Source: Dyella sp. (GTDB taxonomy: Bacteria > Pseudomonadota > Gammaproteobacteria > Xanthomonadales > Rhodanobacteraceae). Taken from it: 64,000 bases of DNA. The position numbers and the translations under genes are program-made. The DNA lies in assembly GCF_036746095.1 (NCBI RefSeq), contig NZ_DAIOEU010000016.1, positions 3,707 through 67,706 on the forward strand, read 5' to 3'. Positions 45,093 through 55,432 of the stretch are shown here, piece after piece (positions within the stretch are counted from its first letter, which is position 1; each line of letters starts with the position of its first letter). The notes under the pieces were generated by a model. That model searched no databases. It was given only the letters and a program-made list of their open reading frames with translations, and had not been told where the DNA came from.

Positions 45093-45557
45093 ATGAACAC
45101 CGGACCGCTCGTTACTCCCACCAGCCAGGAAAGCCTTGGCCTGCTGATCAACCTGGTTCGCGTCGAACTGGTGCGCAGCATGGAGGCGGAGATCGCCGAC
45201 AAAGGCATGGACCTTCGCTACATCCAGTTCGTCATGCTCAAGCGGCTGGCCATGCTCGGGCCGATGACGGCCACCGAGCTGGCCCGCTCGGTGGAACTGG
45301 ATGGCGGCGCCATGACGCGCCAGCTCGACCAGCTGGAGGGCAGGGGTTATCTGCGCCGTCGCCCGCACGCACAGGACCGGCGCGCGCTGCGGATCGAGCT
45401 GACCGAGGCCGGCAACGCGCTGTGGCAGCAACTGACCAGTTGCAATGACCGTGTCCTGGAAGCGGCGCAACACTCCTTGAGCGAGGTCGAGCGCGAGCGG
45501 CTGCATGACTACCTGGGCCGCGTGTTGCACGCCTTGCGTGACAAGAACCGAAGTTAG
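45093..45557 (+). CDS. MarR family transcriptional regulator
   Basis: wHTH 'MTATELARSVELDGGAMTRQLDQLEGRGYLRRRPHAQDRRALRIELTEAG'. Confidence 0.85.
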   Translation: MNTGPLVTPTSQESLGLLINLVRVELVRSMEAEIADKGMDLRYIQFVMLKRLAMLGPMTATELARSVELDGGAMTRQLDQLEGRGYLRRRPHAQDRRALRIELTEAGNALWQQLTSCNDRVLEAAQHSLSEVERERLHDYLGRVLHALRDKNRS

Positions 45558-45672
45558 CCATGGACGATCTGCAGTGAGCAGGCCGGGATGGCAATCCCGG
45601 CTTTCCACCAACCCCATCGATGCTGGGATTGCCATTCCAGCCTACAAACTTCCCATATCGAGATTGAAAGCC

Positions 45673-47217
45673 ATGCGTCTGCAAACTGTTGCGGCTGCTG
45701 TCGTACTTACGTTGGCCCTGGCCGGCTGCGCGACCAGTGGCGGTCTGCATCCGAACGGCGCGCTGACCGACGTATCGTCGCTCAAGGCTGATCGCAGCCT
45801 GGCGAACGTGCAGGTGTCCGAGGCCGCCTGGCCAAAGCAGGACTGGTGGAGCGGGCTGGGCGATCCCCAACTCAGTGCGCTGATCACCGAGGCCCTGCGC
45901 GACAACCCCAGCCTGGCCGTAGCCGATGCGCGCGCGCGCCAGGCGCAGGCCGCGGCCGGTGCCACGGATGCCGCGCGCAAGCCGACGGTCAACCTTGGCG
46001 GCAGCATCGGTGAAGCGTTCATTCCCAAATCCGTTCCCGTCTTTGGTACCGGCCACGTTGGCGCCCTCAAATACGCCAACGCCAGCTTCAAATGGAACCT
46101 GGACCTGTGGGGTGGGCAGCGTGATGCATGGGAAGCAACCCTCGGCCAGCAACGCGCCGCCGAAGTGGATGCACAAGCCGCACGCATCGAGTTGTCCACC
46201 AATGTTGCGCGCGCCTACGTGCAACTCGGTTATGCGTATACGCAGCAGGATGTCGCCAAAGCCGAATTGAAGCGTGCCAGCGAAGCGCGTGACCTCACGC
46301 GCCAGCGCGTAGCCGCCGGCATCGACAACCAGATGCAGCTCAAACAGAGCGATTCGGAAGTCGCCAGCGCGGAAGGGCAGAAGGCGCAAACCGATCGCGC
46401 CGTCGACGCGGCACGCACCGCCTTGTCGGTGCTGCTCGGCAAAGGCCCCGATCGCGGTCTCGACATCGCCCGTCCGCAATTGTTGCCGCCGGCCGCGCTG
46501 ACCGTGCCGGGCAACGTGTCGGTGGACTTGGTCGGCCATCGCGCCGATCTCGTTGCCGCGCGCTGGCGCGTGGAAGCGGCAGGCAAGGACATCAAGTCCG
46601 CCAAGACCGACTTTCTGCCAAACGTCAACATCGGCGCCATGGCGGGCCTGATCAATTTCGGCGGCGCCAATCTGTTCACGCTGAAGAATCGTTTCTACGA
46701 AGTGGCACCGGCGATCAGCCTGCCGATCTTCGATGGCGGCCGTCGTCGCGCCAACTTGAACAGCAAGGATGCCAACTACGACCTCGCCGTGGCGCAGTAC
46801 AACAAGACGCTGGTATCCGCCATCAACGAAGTGGCGGACGACTACGATGCCGTCGCGTCGCTGCAGACGCAGATCGCCGCGCAGCAACGCGCACTCGATG
46901 CGGCGAATGATGCATGGACACTCTCCGAACAACGCTACAAGGCCGGCATCGGCAATTACCTGGAAGCGCTCAGCGTGCGCCAGCAATTGCTCGCCGCCGA
47001 ACAGCGCATGGCTGCCCTGCATGCGCAGCAGTCCGATCTCAACGTGCAATTGATCCAGGCACTCGGCGGCGGCTACCAACCTGGGGAATGCACTGATCAA
47101 TCTCCCGCAGGCGCCAACGAATCTGTCTGTCCGCAGCCCTTTGGTCCGTCGGCTCGACAGACAGCCAGTCTGCCTTCACCGCCGACCCTGGGGTCTGCAA
47201 ACAGACAAAGCCGCTGA
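45673..47217 (+). CDS. efflux outer-membrane factor lipoprotein (NodT/OprM family)
   Basis: The ATG at 45673 gives the lipobox 'VVLTLALAGCAT'. 'WWSGLGDPQLSALI', 'DLWGGQRDAWEA' and 'ALGGGY' are typical OMF features. Confidence 0.85.
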   Translation: MRLQTVAAAVVLTLALAGCATSGGLHPNGALTDVSSLKADRSLANVQVSEAAWPKQDWWSGLGDPQLSALITEALRDNPSLAVADARARQAQAAAGATDAARKPTVNLGGSIGEAFIPKSVPVFGTGHVGALKYANASFKWNLDLWGGQRDAWEATLGQQRAAEVDAQAARIELSTNVARAYVQLGYAYTQQDVAKAELKRASEARDLTRQRVAAGIDNQMQLKQSDSEVASAEGQKAQTDRAVDAARTALSVLLGKGPDRGLDIARPQLLPPAALTVPGNVSVDLVGHRADLVAARWRVEAAGKDIKSAKTDFLPNVNIGAMAGLINFGGANLFTLKNRFYEVAPAISLPIFDGGRRRANLNSKDANYDLAVAQYNKTLVSAINEVADDYDAVASLQTQIAAQQRALDAANDAWTLSEQRYKAGIGNYLEALSVRQQLLAAEQRMAALHAQQSDLNVQLIQALGGGYQPGECTDQSPAGANESVCPQPFGPSARQTASLPSPPTLGSANRQSR

Positions 47218-47301
47218 CACCGACGTCGAATCGATCAGTGCATCCCTAGCCGACACCGAACTTTCCCCAAGTAATCCCCATCCGTTTCTGAGGCAGCTCC
47301 C

Positions 47302-48531
47302 ATGTCCAGTCCGAACCCCAACACCGCCGACACGTCCGCCGTGCAGGCACCGCCGGCCAACAACCGGCGTGGCTTCCTGCTGCGCTTGCTGCTGGCAGTG
47401 ATCGTGCTCGCCGCCATCGCATGGACGGCGTGGTATTTCATCGTCGGGCGCTGGTACGAAGGTACCGACGACGCCTATATCAACGGCAACATTGTGCAGA
47501 TCACGCCGCGCATAGCCGGTACCGTCATCAGCATCACCGCCGATGACGGCGACATGGTGCAGCAGGGCGAAGTGCTGGTGAAGCTCGATCGCTCCGATGC
47601 CGACGTGGGCCTGCAACGCGCCGCGGCAAATCTCGCCAACACCGTGCGCCGCGTGCGTGGCTTGTACAGCACCGTCACCGGTGCGCAGTCTCAGGTTGCG
47701 CTGGAAAAGGTCGCGCTGCAGAAAGCGCAGGACGACTACAACCGCCGCCGCAATCTTGCCAAGACCGGTGCAATCTCCGCCGAGGAACTGGCGCACGTGC
47801 GCGATGCCTTGACGGCAGCACAGAGCGCTTTGGCGACTTCGCAACAGCAGTTGCAGACCAACAAGGTGCTGGTGGATGACACCGTCGTTGCTTCGCATCC
47901 GGACGTGAAAGCCGCCGCCGCGCAATATCGCTCCGCCTATCTGGATGATGTGCGTACCACGATGGTGGCGCCGGTCACCGGCTACGTCGCCAAGCGCACC
48001 GTGCAGGTGGGCCAGCGGGTGCAACCGGGTTCGGCATTGATGGCCGTCGTGCCGCTGCACCAGGTATGGGTGGATGCCAACTTCAAGGAAACGCAGCTCA
48101 CGCAGATGCGCATCGGCCAACCGGTGGAACTCACCTCCGACGTCTACGGCAACTCGGTGAAGTACAAGGGCAAGGTGGAAAGCCTCGGCGTGGGCACGGG
48201 CAGCGCGTTCTCGCTACTGCCGGCGCAGAACGCCACCGGCAACTGGATCAAGATCGTGCAGCGCATTCCCGTGCGCGTGGTGTTCACCGATCCGTCGCAG
48301 CTCGACAAGAACCCGTTGCGCATCGGCATGTCGATGACCACCGACGTGAACCTGCATGACCAGAGCGGTCCGACGCTGGCGCAGTCCGCACGCACCGAAC
48401 CGCGCTTCAGCACCGACGTCTACAAAGACCAGCTCGCCGATGCGAATGCGCAGATCGAGCGGATCATCCACGAGAACATGGGCCAGGCGGTGAATGCCAA
48501 GGGCGAAGACCCCGTGGCGAAGGCGCACTGA
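47302..48531 (+). CDS. emrA: HlyD/EmrA-type membrane fusion protein
   Basis: TM anchor 'LLRLLLAVIVLAAIAWTAWYFIV'. 'TDDAYINGNIVQITPRIAGTV' and 'TGNWIKIVQRIPVRV' are EmrA hallmarks. Confidence 0.85.
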   Translation: MSSPNPNTADTSAVQAPPANNRRGFLLRLLLAVIVLAAIAWTAWYFIVGRWYEGTDDAYINGNIVQITPRIAGTVISITADDGDMVQQGEVLVKLDRSDADVGLQRAAANLANTVRRVRGLYSTVTGAQSQVALEKVALQKAQDDYNRRRNLAKTGAISAEELAHVRDALTAAQSALATSQQQLQTNKVLVDDTVVASHPDVKAAAAQYRSAYLDDVRTTMVAPVTGYVAKRTVQVGQRVQPGSALMAVVPLHQVWVDANFKETQLTQMRIGQPVELTSDVYGNSVKYKGKVESLGVGTGSAFSLLPAQNATGNWIKIVQRIPVRVVFTDPSQLDKNPLRIGMSMTTDVNLHDQSGPTLAQSARTEPRFSTDVYKDQLADANAQIERIIHENMGQAVNAKGEDPVAKAH

Positions 48532-48572
48532 TGCGCACAGAAGAGGGAACGCCTGGATAGCGCATGAGACAT

Positions 48573-48652
48573 CGTCACCTCAGCGAAGGCCGGGGCCCAA
48601 CGACTTTCCAAATACCTGAAGACACTGGGTCCCCGCCTTCGCCGCGACGACG
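48573..48652. repeat. inverted REP-variant pair between emrA and emrB
   Basis: 'cgtcacctcagcgaaggccgggg' (48573-48595) and 'ccccgccttcgccgcgacgacg' (48631-48652). Confidence 0.6.
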
Positions 48653-48711
48653 ATTCCGACATAGATCTGAGTATCCGTAACCCTTCACTTCCCGCACCTA
48701 CTCCCAAGCCT

Positions 48712-50232
48712 ATGAGCACGCATTTCCGTCCACCCAACCTGGTCCTGGCGACAATCGGTTTGTCGCTGGCCACGTTCATGCAGGTGCTGGACACCACCAT
48801 CGCCAACGTGTCGCTGCCGACCATCGCCGGCAATCTTGGCGTCAGTTCGGACGAAAGCACCTGGGTGATCACCTCCTTCGCGGTGAGCAATGCCATCGCG
48901 CTGCCGCTCACCGGCTTTCTCACGCGCCGTTTCGGCGAAGTGAAACTGTTCGTATGGGCCACGCTGGCTTTCTCGATCGCTTCGTTCCTGTGCGGCATCG
49001 CGCAGAGCATGGGCATGCTGATCGTGTTCCGTACGTTGCAAGGCGCCGTGGCCGGGCCGATGTATCCGGTGACGCAGGCCTTGCTGATCGGCATCTATCC
49101 ACCCAACAAGCGACCGATGGCGCTGGCGTTGCTGGCGATGGTGACGGTGGTGGCGCCGATCGCCGGCCCGATCCTTGGTGGCTGGATCACCGACAACTAT
49201 TCATGGCCGTGGATCTTCTTCATCAACGTGCCGATCGGCATCTTTGCCAGCTTCGTCGTGGCCAACCAAATGCGCCTGCGCGAAGTGGTGACCTCACGGC
49301 CGAAGATGGACTACGTCGGCCTGGCCACGCTGGTGATCGGCATTGGCGCGCTGCAGGTGGTGCTGGACAAGGGCAATGACGAGGACTGGTTCAATTCCAA
49401 CTTCATCATCATCACCGCGATCATCTCGGCGATCGCGATCGCGGTGTTCCTGATCTGGGAACTGACCGACAAGGAACCGATCGTCGATCTCAAGCTGTTC
49501 CGCCATCGCAATTTCCGCATGGGCACCATTTCACTGGTGCTGGCATATGCCGCGTTCTTCGCCATCAACCTGCTGGTGCCGCAGTGGTTGCAGATCAACC
49601 TGGGCTATACCGCGACATGGGCCGGCTTCGCCGCCGCGCCCTTGGGCATCTTGCCGGTGATACTTACGCCGTTCGTGGGCCGCTACGCGGCGCGCTTTGA
49701 CTTGCGCATGCTCACCGCGGCCTCGTTCGTGGTGATGGGCGTAACCTGCTTCATACGTTCGGACTTCTATATCGGCGTGGACTTCAACCACATCGCCAGC
49801 GTGCAGTTGCTGCAAGGCCTGGGCGTAGCGCTGTTCTTCATGCCCGTCACCACCATCCTGCTGTCCGACCTGCAGCCGCACGAACTCGCCTCGGGCGGCG
49901 GCGTGGCGACCTTCCTGCGCACCGTGGGCGCCAGCTTTGCCGCTTCGCTCACCAGTTTCATGTGGGAACGCCGTGCCGTATTGCATCACTCGCAGCTGGC
50001 CGAGCAGATCACGCCGTACAACCCGACGGCGCAGCAGGCGATCAGCCAAAGCAGCGATACGCAGACGACCTTGGCGATGTTGAACGGAACGATCAGCGCG
50101 CAAGGACTGCAGATTTCCTTCAACGAAATCTTCTACGTGCTCGGCTGGATCTTCATGTCGCTGATCGTGGTGATCTGGCTGGCCAAGCCGCCGTTCGGGG
50201 CGAAGGCCGGGGCAGGGGGGGGCGGCCATTGA
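48712..50232 (+). CDS. emrB: MFS multidrug transporter, DHA2 (EmrB/QacA) family, 14-TM type
   Basis: 'LATFMQVLDTTIANVSLPTIAGNLGVS' and 'GFLTRRFGEVKLF...LFRTLQGAVAGPM'. Confidence 0.9.
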   Translation: MSTHFRPPNLVLATIGLSLATFMQVLDTTIANVSLPTIAGNLGVSSDESTWVITSFAVSNAIALPLTGFLTRRFGEVKLFVWATLAFSIASFLCGIAQSMGMLIVFRTLQGAVAGPMYPVTQALLIGIYPPNKRPMALALLAMVTVVAPIAGPILGGWITDNYSWPWIFFINVPIGIFASFVVANQMRLREVVTSRPKMDYVGLATLVIGIGALQVVLDKGNDEDWFNSNFIIITAIISAIAIAVFLIWELTDKEPIVDLKLFRHRNFRMGTISLVLAYAAFFAINLLVPQWLQINLGYTATWAGFAAAPLGILPVILTPFVGRYAARFDLRMLTAASFVVMGVTCFIRSDFYIGVDFNHIASVQLLQGLGVALFFMPVTTILLSDLQPHELASGGGVATFLRTVGASFAASLTSFMWERRAVLHHSQLAEQITPYNPTAQQAISQSSDTQTTLAMLNGTISAQGLQISFNEIFYVLGWIFMSLIVVIWLAKPPFGAKAGAGGGGH

Positions 50233-50261
50233 TGCCGCAAGCCGGTCGATCCTGAAAACGA

Positions 50262-50285
50262 CAACGGCTCCGTAAGGGGCCGTTG
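50262..50285. terminator. possible bidirectional hairpin terminator between emrB and pagL
   Basis: 'caacggctcc gtaa ggggccgttg' is followed by 'cttta'. The U-tract is weak. Confidence 0.35.
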
Positions 50286-50309
50286 CTTTATGCGTTGATG
50301 GCGCGGTCT

Positions 50310-50831
50310 TTAGAACGCGATACCCACCAACGCCATCGTCTCACCGCGGTTCGGTTCATGCATGCCGGCATTGGAAATGTGGCGAATGCCAACGCTCCAA
50401 TGATCGCCCTGGTAGCCAATAGTGGTGGAGAATTCGAAAGCGCTGCTCAGCGCTTCCGTGCGGCCGGTATGCACGCTCGGCTGCTCGCTGATGAAGAGCC
50501 GTCGATACCACGCATCGGCAGGGCCGTAGTGGATGCGCACGCCGGCGCCCACCAAGCCGATGTCGTCGCGGGTGGTGTAGCGGCCGCTGTCGAAGCGCTT
50601 CAGGTCGCGGCCGCTGATCCAGCCGGCGGTGATGTCGGGTGCCCAGCTGAAGTTGCTGCTGCCGAACTGGTGTTCGTCGAAGATCACTTCGCCGAACGCG
50701 GCGGGTGCGCTGTAGCTGTCCATGAAGCTGACGCCGCCTTGCAGTTCGAAGCGGGCCGCCATGGCGGGGAGCGCTGGTAAAGCAAACAGGAGTAAGGCAG
50801 CGGCGCCGCGGGTAAGGGGATGCATGCGCAT
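50310..50831 (-). CDS. pagL: lipid A 3-O-deacylase (PagL-type acyloxyacyl hydrolase), outer membrane
   Basis: Signal 'AAALLLFALPALPAMAA'. C-terminal 'WSVGIRHISNAGMHEPNRGETMALVGIAF' carries the PagL H-x-S-N catalytic motif. Confidence 0.75.
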   Translation of the reverse strand: MRMHPLTRGAAALLLFALPALPAMAARFELQGGVSFMDSYSAPAAFGEVIFDEHQFGSSNFSWAPDITAGWISGRDLKRFDSGRYTTRDDIGLVGAGVRIHYGPADAWYRRLFISEQPSVHTGRTEALSSAFEFSTTIGYQGDHWSVGIRHISNAGMHEPNRGETMALVGIAF

Positions 50832-51042
50832 GAGTAAACCTATGTGGGGGATAGGAAGTGCGTTTATGTACTCAAAAGTTTACAAATGATCAGGATCGGT
50901 CGCCAGCCATATTTGTGTCATTTTCGGCAACACAGTGTTGACCCGCAATGCAGTACGAGAAAACGTCAGCGGCGCGTAAGCGAACGCTGGTGCAAGGAGT
51001 TCGGGAATCGCCTCCAGGTGCCTGGCCTAGGCGTTCCGATCG

Positions 51043-51969
51043 CTAGGCCGCCACACCTTTGGAGGCCAGGCACTGCGCGATATCCAGGAAGGCATGCACC
51101 ATCGGGTCATTGGCGTCGTCACGGTAAATAGCCCAGACGGCCGTGGCCGCTTCCGTATTCGCCAAGGGGCGATACACCACGTTCTCCACTTTCATGCGCT
51201 GGATCGACCCGGGCAGCACGGCCACGCCGAAACCACCGGATATCAAACCGATGATGGTCGGCAACTCGCGCACCTCGTACAGGATGTGCGGACTGAAACC
51301 CGCGCGCGTGCACAGCGCGATCACCTCGTCATACAGCCGCATGCCCAGGTGGCGCTGGTAGAAGATGAAATCCTCGCCGGCCAGCTCATGGATCTCGACG
51401 GCACCTTCGCCGGCCGCCAGCGGATTGCTCGCATGCATCACCACGGTGAGCGAATCCTTGAACAACTCGATCGCCTTGATGTTCTCCGGCAACGCGTCGG
51501 GACGGATCACGCCGACGTCGATCAAACCCTGTTCCAGCGCATCGATCTGCTGCGAGGTGGCCATTTCGTGGATCAGCAGGCGCACGCTGGGCAAGCGTTC
51601 GCGGAACCGCGCCAGCACGCGCGGCACCACCACGGTGAACGGGCCGGAAGACACCAGCCCAAGATGCAATTCGCCTAATTCTCCACGCTGCGAACGCGCC
51701 ACGGATTCGGCCGCGCGTTCGGCCTGCGTAAGAAGGGTGCGTGCGCGAGGGAGCAACGCGGCGCCGGCCGCGCTCAATGCAATGCCACGGCCTTTACGCT
51801 CGAACAATTTCGCGCCCAGGCGTGTTTCCAGCGCATGAATCTGCTGGCTGAGCGGCGGCTGCGATATGCCCAATCGTTCGGCCGCGCGGCCGAAGTGCAG
51901 CTCGTCGGCCACGGTGACGAAGTACTTCAAATGCCGCAGCTCGAGGTAATCATTCGTCATGCGTATCAA
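51043..51969 (-). CDS. LysR family transcriptional regulator
   Basis: 'LRHLKYFVTVADELHFGRAAERLGISQPPLSQQIHALETRLGAKLFER'. Confidence 0.9.
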   Translation of the reverse strand: MIRMTNDYLELRHLKYFVTVADELHFGRAAERLGISQPPLSQQIHALETRLGAKLFERKGRGIALSAAGAALLPRARTLLTQAERAAESVARSQRGELGELHLGLVSSGPFTVVVPRVLARFRERLPSVRLLIHEMATSQQIDALEQGLIDVGVIRPDALPENIKAIELFKDSLTVVMHASNPLAAGEGAVEIHELAGEDFIFYQRHLGMRLYDEVIALCTRAGFSPHILYEVRELPTIIGLISGGFGVAVLPGSIQRMKVENVVYRPLANTEAATAVWAIYRDDANDPMVHAFLDIAQCLASKGVAA

Positions 51970-52078
51970 GCCATTCGCGGTGCTGTATCGATCTTAGCAA
52001 GTCGTACAACTAATCTTCACGCACAACGGCAGCTTCTCCCCGAGTGTGCCGCATGTCGTCGAAGCGCCGTCGGCCCAT

Positions 52079-52197
52079 CGCCATTCCGGCGCAGGCCGGA
52101 ATCCCGTTTTGGCATGCCGTGCGAAGCACACAGAACGTTATCTATTGTGTGCTCCGCACGTCACTCTGACTGGATTCCGGCCTTCGCCGGCATGACG
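52079..52197. repeat. nested-palindrome MITE/REP-like element, twin of 30198..30320
   Basis: The arms 'cgccattccggcgcaggccggaatcc' and 'ggattccggccttcgccggcatgacg' flank 'cgtgcgaagcacaca...tgtgtgctccgcacg'. Confidence 0.8.
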
Positions 52198-52240
52198 AGC
52201 AGAGCGCGCGGGCCTGTCAGTAACCCCTGGAGCCCACCCC

Positions 52241-55200
52241 ATGCTAAGGATCGTACGGCTTGCGCTGGAGCGGCCTTATACCTTCGTCGTTCTTGCGCTG
52301 CTGATCCTGATCGTCGGTCCATTGGCCGCCTTGCGCACACCGACCGACATTTTCCCCGATATCAAGATTCCGGTGATTGCGGTGGTGTGGACCTACACCG
52401 GCCTGCCGCCGGAGCAGATGGCTGGCCGTATTGCCTCGCCGTTCGAACGCGTGCTCACCACCACGGTGAACGACGTGGAGCATATCGAGGCCAAGTCGAT
52501 CGCCGGCTACGGCATCATCAAGATCTTTTTCCAGCCGGGCGTGAACATCGCCACCGCCAATGCGCAAGTCACCGCGGTGTCGCAAACGCTGCTCAAGCAG
52601 CTGCCGCCGGGCATCACGCCGCCGCTGATCCTCAACTACAACGCCTCCACCGTGCCGATCCTGCAATTGGCGCTGTCGGGCAAAGGCTTGAGCGAGCAGA
52701 ACCTGGGCGACCTGGGGCAGAACATCCTGCGTCCGCAGCTGGTGTCGGTGCCGGGCGCGGCCATTCCTTATCCGTATGGCGGCAAGACGCGCCAGGTGCA
52801 GATCGACGTGGATTCGGCCGCACTGCAGGCGCGCGGTTTGTCGGCGCAGGACGTGGCCAACGCGCTGGCGGCGCAGAACCTGATCATTCCGGTCGGCACG
52901 CAGAAAATCGGCACGTTCGAATACACGCTCAACCTCAACAACTCCCCATCCGACATCAACGAGCTGGGCAACCTGCCTATCAAGCAGGTGAACGGCACCA
53001 CCATCTACATCCACGACGTGGCTCATGTGCGCGACGGCTCGCCCCCACAAACCAACATCGTGCACGTGGACGGCAACCGCTCGGTGCTGCTGAGCATCCT
53101 TAAGAACGGTTCGGCATCCACCCTGGCGATCGTGTCCGGCATCAAGCAGCGCCTGGCCGACAGCAAGGGCATCCTGCCGGACAACCTCAAGGTGACGCCG
53201 ATCGGCGATCAATCCCTGTTCGTGCGCGCGGCGATCAGCGGCGTGGCGCGCGAAGGCGTGATTGCAGCGGCGCTCACCAGCTTGATGATCCTGTTGTTCC
53301 TGGGCAGCTGGCGCTCCACCGTGATCATCGCGATATCGATTCCGCTGGCGATTCTCGGCGCGATCGCGCTGTTGTCCGCGTTCGGCGAAACGCTCAACAT
53401 CATGACGCTGGGCGGCCTCGCGCTGGCGGTGGGCATTCTGGTCGACGACGCCACGGTGACCATCGAGAACATCAACTGGCATCTTGAGCACGGCAAGGAT
53501 GTGGAAACGTCGATCATCGACGGCGCCAAGCAGATCGTCACGCCGGCGTTCGTGTCGTTGTTGTGCATCTGCATCGTGTTCGTGCCGATGTTCTTCCTCG
53601 AAGGCGTGGCGCGCTTCCTGTTCGTGCCGATGGCCGAAGCGGTGATTTTCGCGATGGTGTGCTCGTTCATCCTCTCGCGCACCTTGGTGCCGACGATGGC
53701 GAAGTTCCTGCTGAAGCCGCATGCGCCACATGTGGAAGGGCAGGGCGCGCATGCGGCGACGCCGTCCAGCCATCCGTTGCTGCGCTTTCAGCGTGCGTTC
53801 GAGGCGCGCTTCGAACGCATCCGCGCTGCCTATCACGGCATGCTCGATCTGGCGCTGGCGCATCGCCGGCCGTTCGTGCTCGGCTTTCTCGCCTTCGTGC
53901 TGGTGTCGTTCCTGCTCGTGCCGTTCCTTGGCCGCAATTTCTTTCCTGAGGTAGACGGCGGACAGATCCTGATGCACGTACGCGCGCAGGTCGGTACACG
54001 CGTGGAAGAAACCGCCAACCTGTTCAACAAGATCGAAGGCACCGTACGCACAGTGATTCCGGCGCAGGACCTGGGCACGGTGGTGGACAACATCGGCGTG
54101 TCCGGCAGCGGCATCAACACCACCTACAACAACACCGGCCTGGTGGGCGAGCAGGATGGCGACATCCAGATCGCGCTCAACGAAGGCCATCGCCCCACCG
54201 CCGAATACGTGCGCAAGTTGCGCGAGATCTTGCCGCGCCTGTATCCCGGAGCCACGTTCTCGTTTCCGCCGGCAGACATCGTCAGCCAGATCCTGAACTT
54301 CGGCTCGCCCGCGCCGATCGATCTGCAAGTTCGCGGCCCGCATCTTGCGGCCAACTTTGCTTACGCGAATACCTTGCTTGGCCAGATCAGGCGCATTCCC
54401 GGCGTAGTCGATGCGCGCATCCAGGAATCACAGGCCAACCCCGGCTTTGACGTCAACGTCGATCGCACGCAGGCGCAACTGCTCGGCATCACCGAACGCG
54501 ACGTCACCAACAGCCTGGTGGTGAACCTGGCCGGCTCCAGCCAGGTGGCGCCGACATTCTGGCTCAATCCAGCCAACGGCGTGTCGTATCCGATCGTGAT
54601 GCAGACCCCGCAATACGCACTGGAAAGCCTGGCGCAATTGCGCAACCTGCCGGTCAACGGCAGCAGCGGGCAGGCGCAGGTGCTTGGCGGCCTGGTCACG
54701 CTCAAGCGCAACAATACCAATGCGGTGATCGACCAATACGACATCCAGTCGGTGGTGCAGATCTATGCCGCCACGCAGGATCGCGATCTGGGCGCCGTCG
54801 CCACCGACGTGCAGAAGCTGATCGGCAACACCGCCAGCCAGCAGCCCAAGGGCTCGCATGTGGTGCTGCTCGGCCAGGTGCAGACCATGAACAGCGCGTT
54901 CTCGGGCTTGCTGTTCGGCCTGCTTGGCGCGGTGGTGCTGATCTATCTGCTGATCGTGGTGAATTTCCAATCGTGGAGCGATCCGTTCGTGATCATCACC
55001 GCCTTGCCCGCCGCATTGGCCGGCATCGTGTGGATGCTGTTCGCCACGCACACGCCGCTGTCGGTGCCGGCGCTTACCGGCGCGATCATGTGCATGGGTG
55101 TGGCGACGGCCAACTCCATTCTGGTGGTGAGCTTCTGCCGCGAACGCCTGGCCGAACACGGCGACGCCACGCTGGCCGCGCTCGAAGCCGGCTTCACCCG

Positions 55201-55432
55201 CTTCCGTCCCGTCTGCATGACCGCGCTGGCGATGATCATCGGCATGGCGCCGATGGCCTTGGGCCTGGGCGAAGGCGGCGAACAGAATGCACCGCTCGGC
55301 CGCGCGGTGATCGGCGGCCTGATTTTCGCCACCGGCGCGACGCTGCTGTTCGTGCCGGTCGTGTTCAGCATCATCCATGGGCGCCATGCGTCCAAAGCCA
55401 TTCGCGCTGGAGAACCTGGCTATGTCGTCTGA
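52241..55432 (+). CDS. RND efflux permease (AcrB/AcrD/AcrF superfamily)
   Basis: 'RPYTFVVLALLILIVGPLAALRTPTDIFP' and 'LAVGILVDDATVTIENINWHLE'. Twelve-TM RND architecture, 1063 aa. Confidence 0.9.
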   Translation: MLRIVRLALERPYTFVVLALLILIVGPLAALRTPTDIFPDIKIPVIAVVWTYTGLPPEQMAGRIASPFERVLTTTVNDVEHIEAKSIAGYGIIKIFFQPGVNIATANAQVTAVSQTLLKQLPPGITPPLILNYNASTVPILQLALSGKGLSEQNLGDLGQNILRPQLVSVPGAAIPYPYGGKTRQVQIDVDSAALQARGLSAQDVANALAAQNLIIPVGTQKIGTFEYTLNLNNSPSDINELGNLPIKQVNGTTIYIHDVAHVRDGSPPQTNIVHVDGNRSVLLSILKNGSASTLAIVSGIKQRLADSKGILPDNLKVTPIGDQSLFVRAAISGVAREGVIAAALTSLMILLFLGSWRSTVIIAISIPLAILGAIALLSAFGETLNIMTLGGLALAVGILVDDATVTIENINWHLEHGKDVETSIIDGAKQIVTPAFVSLLCICIVFVPMFFLEGVARFLFVPMAEAVIFAMVCSFILSRTLVPTMAKFLLKPHAPHVEGQGAHAATPSSHPLLRFQRAFEARFERIRAAYHGMLDLALAHRRPFVLGFLAFVLVSFLLVPFLGRNFFPEVDGGQILMHVRAQVGTRVEETANLFNKIEGTVRTVIPAQDLGTVVDNIGVSGSGINTTYNNTGLVGEQDGDIQIALNEGHRPTAEYVRKLREILPRLYPGATFSFPPADIVSQILNFGSPAPIDLQVRGPHLAANFAYANTLLGQIRRIPGVVDARIQESQANPGFDVNVDRTQAQLLGITERDVTNSLVVNLAGSSQVAPTFWLNPANGVSYPIVMQTPQYALESLAQLRNLPVNGSSGQAQVLGGLVTLKRNNTNAVIDQYDIQSVVQIYAATQDRDLGAVATDVQKLIGNTASQQPKGSHVVLLGQVQTMNSAFSGLLFGLLGAVVLIYLLIVVNFQSWSDPFVIITALPAALAGIVWMLFATHTPLSVPALTGAIMCMGVATANSILVVSFCRERLAEHGDATLAALEAGFTRFRPVCMTALAMIIGMAPMALGLGEGGEQNAPLGRAVIGGLIFATGATLLFVPVVFSIIHGRHASKAIRAGEPGYVV

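Noticed and set aside
45238-47100. A 620-aa minus-strand ORF, together with 52244..54343 (699 aa), 54428..55624 (398 aa), 13267..14688 (473 aa) and 29026..30081 (351 aa).
   Set aside because: All are antisense to strongly supported genes (OMF, RND, autotransporter, pgl). None shows a recognisable domain.
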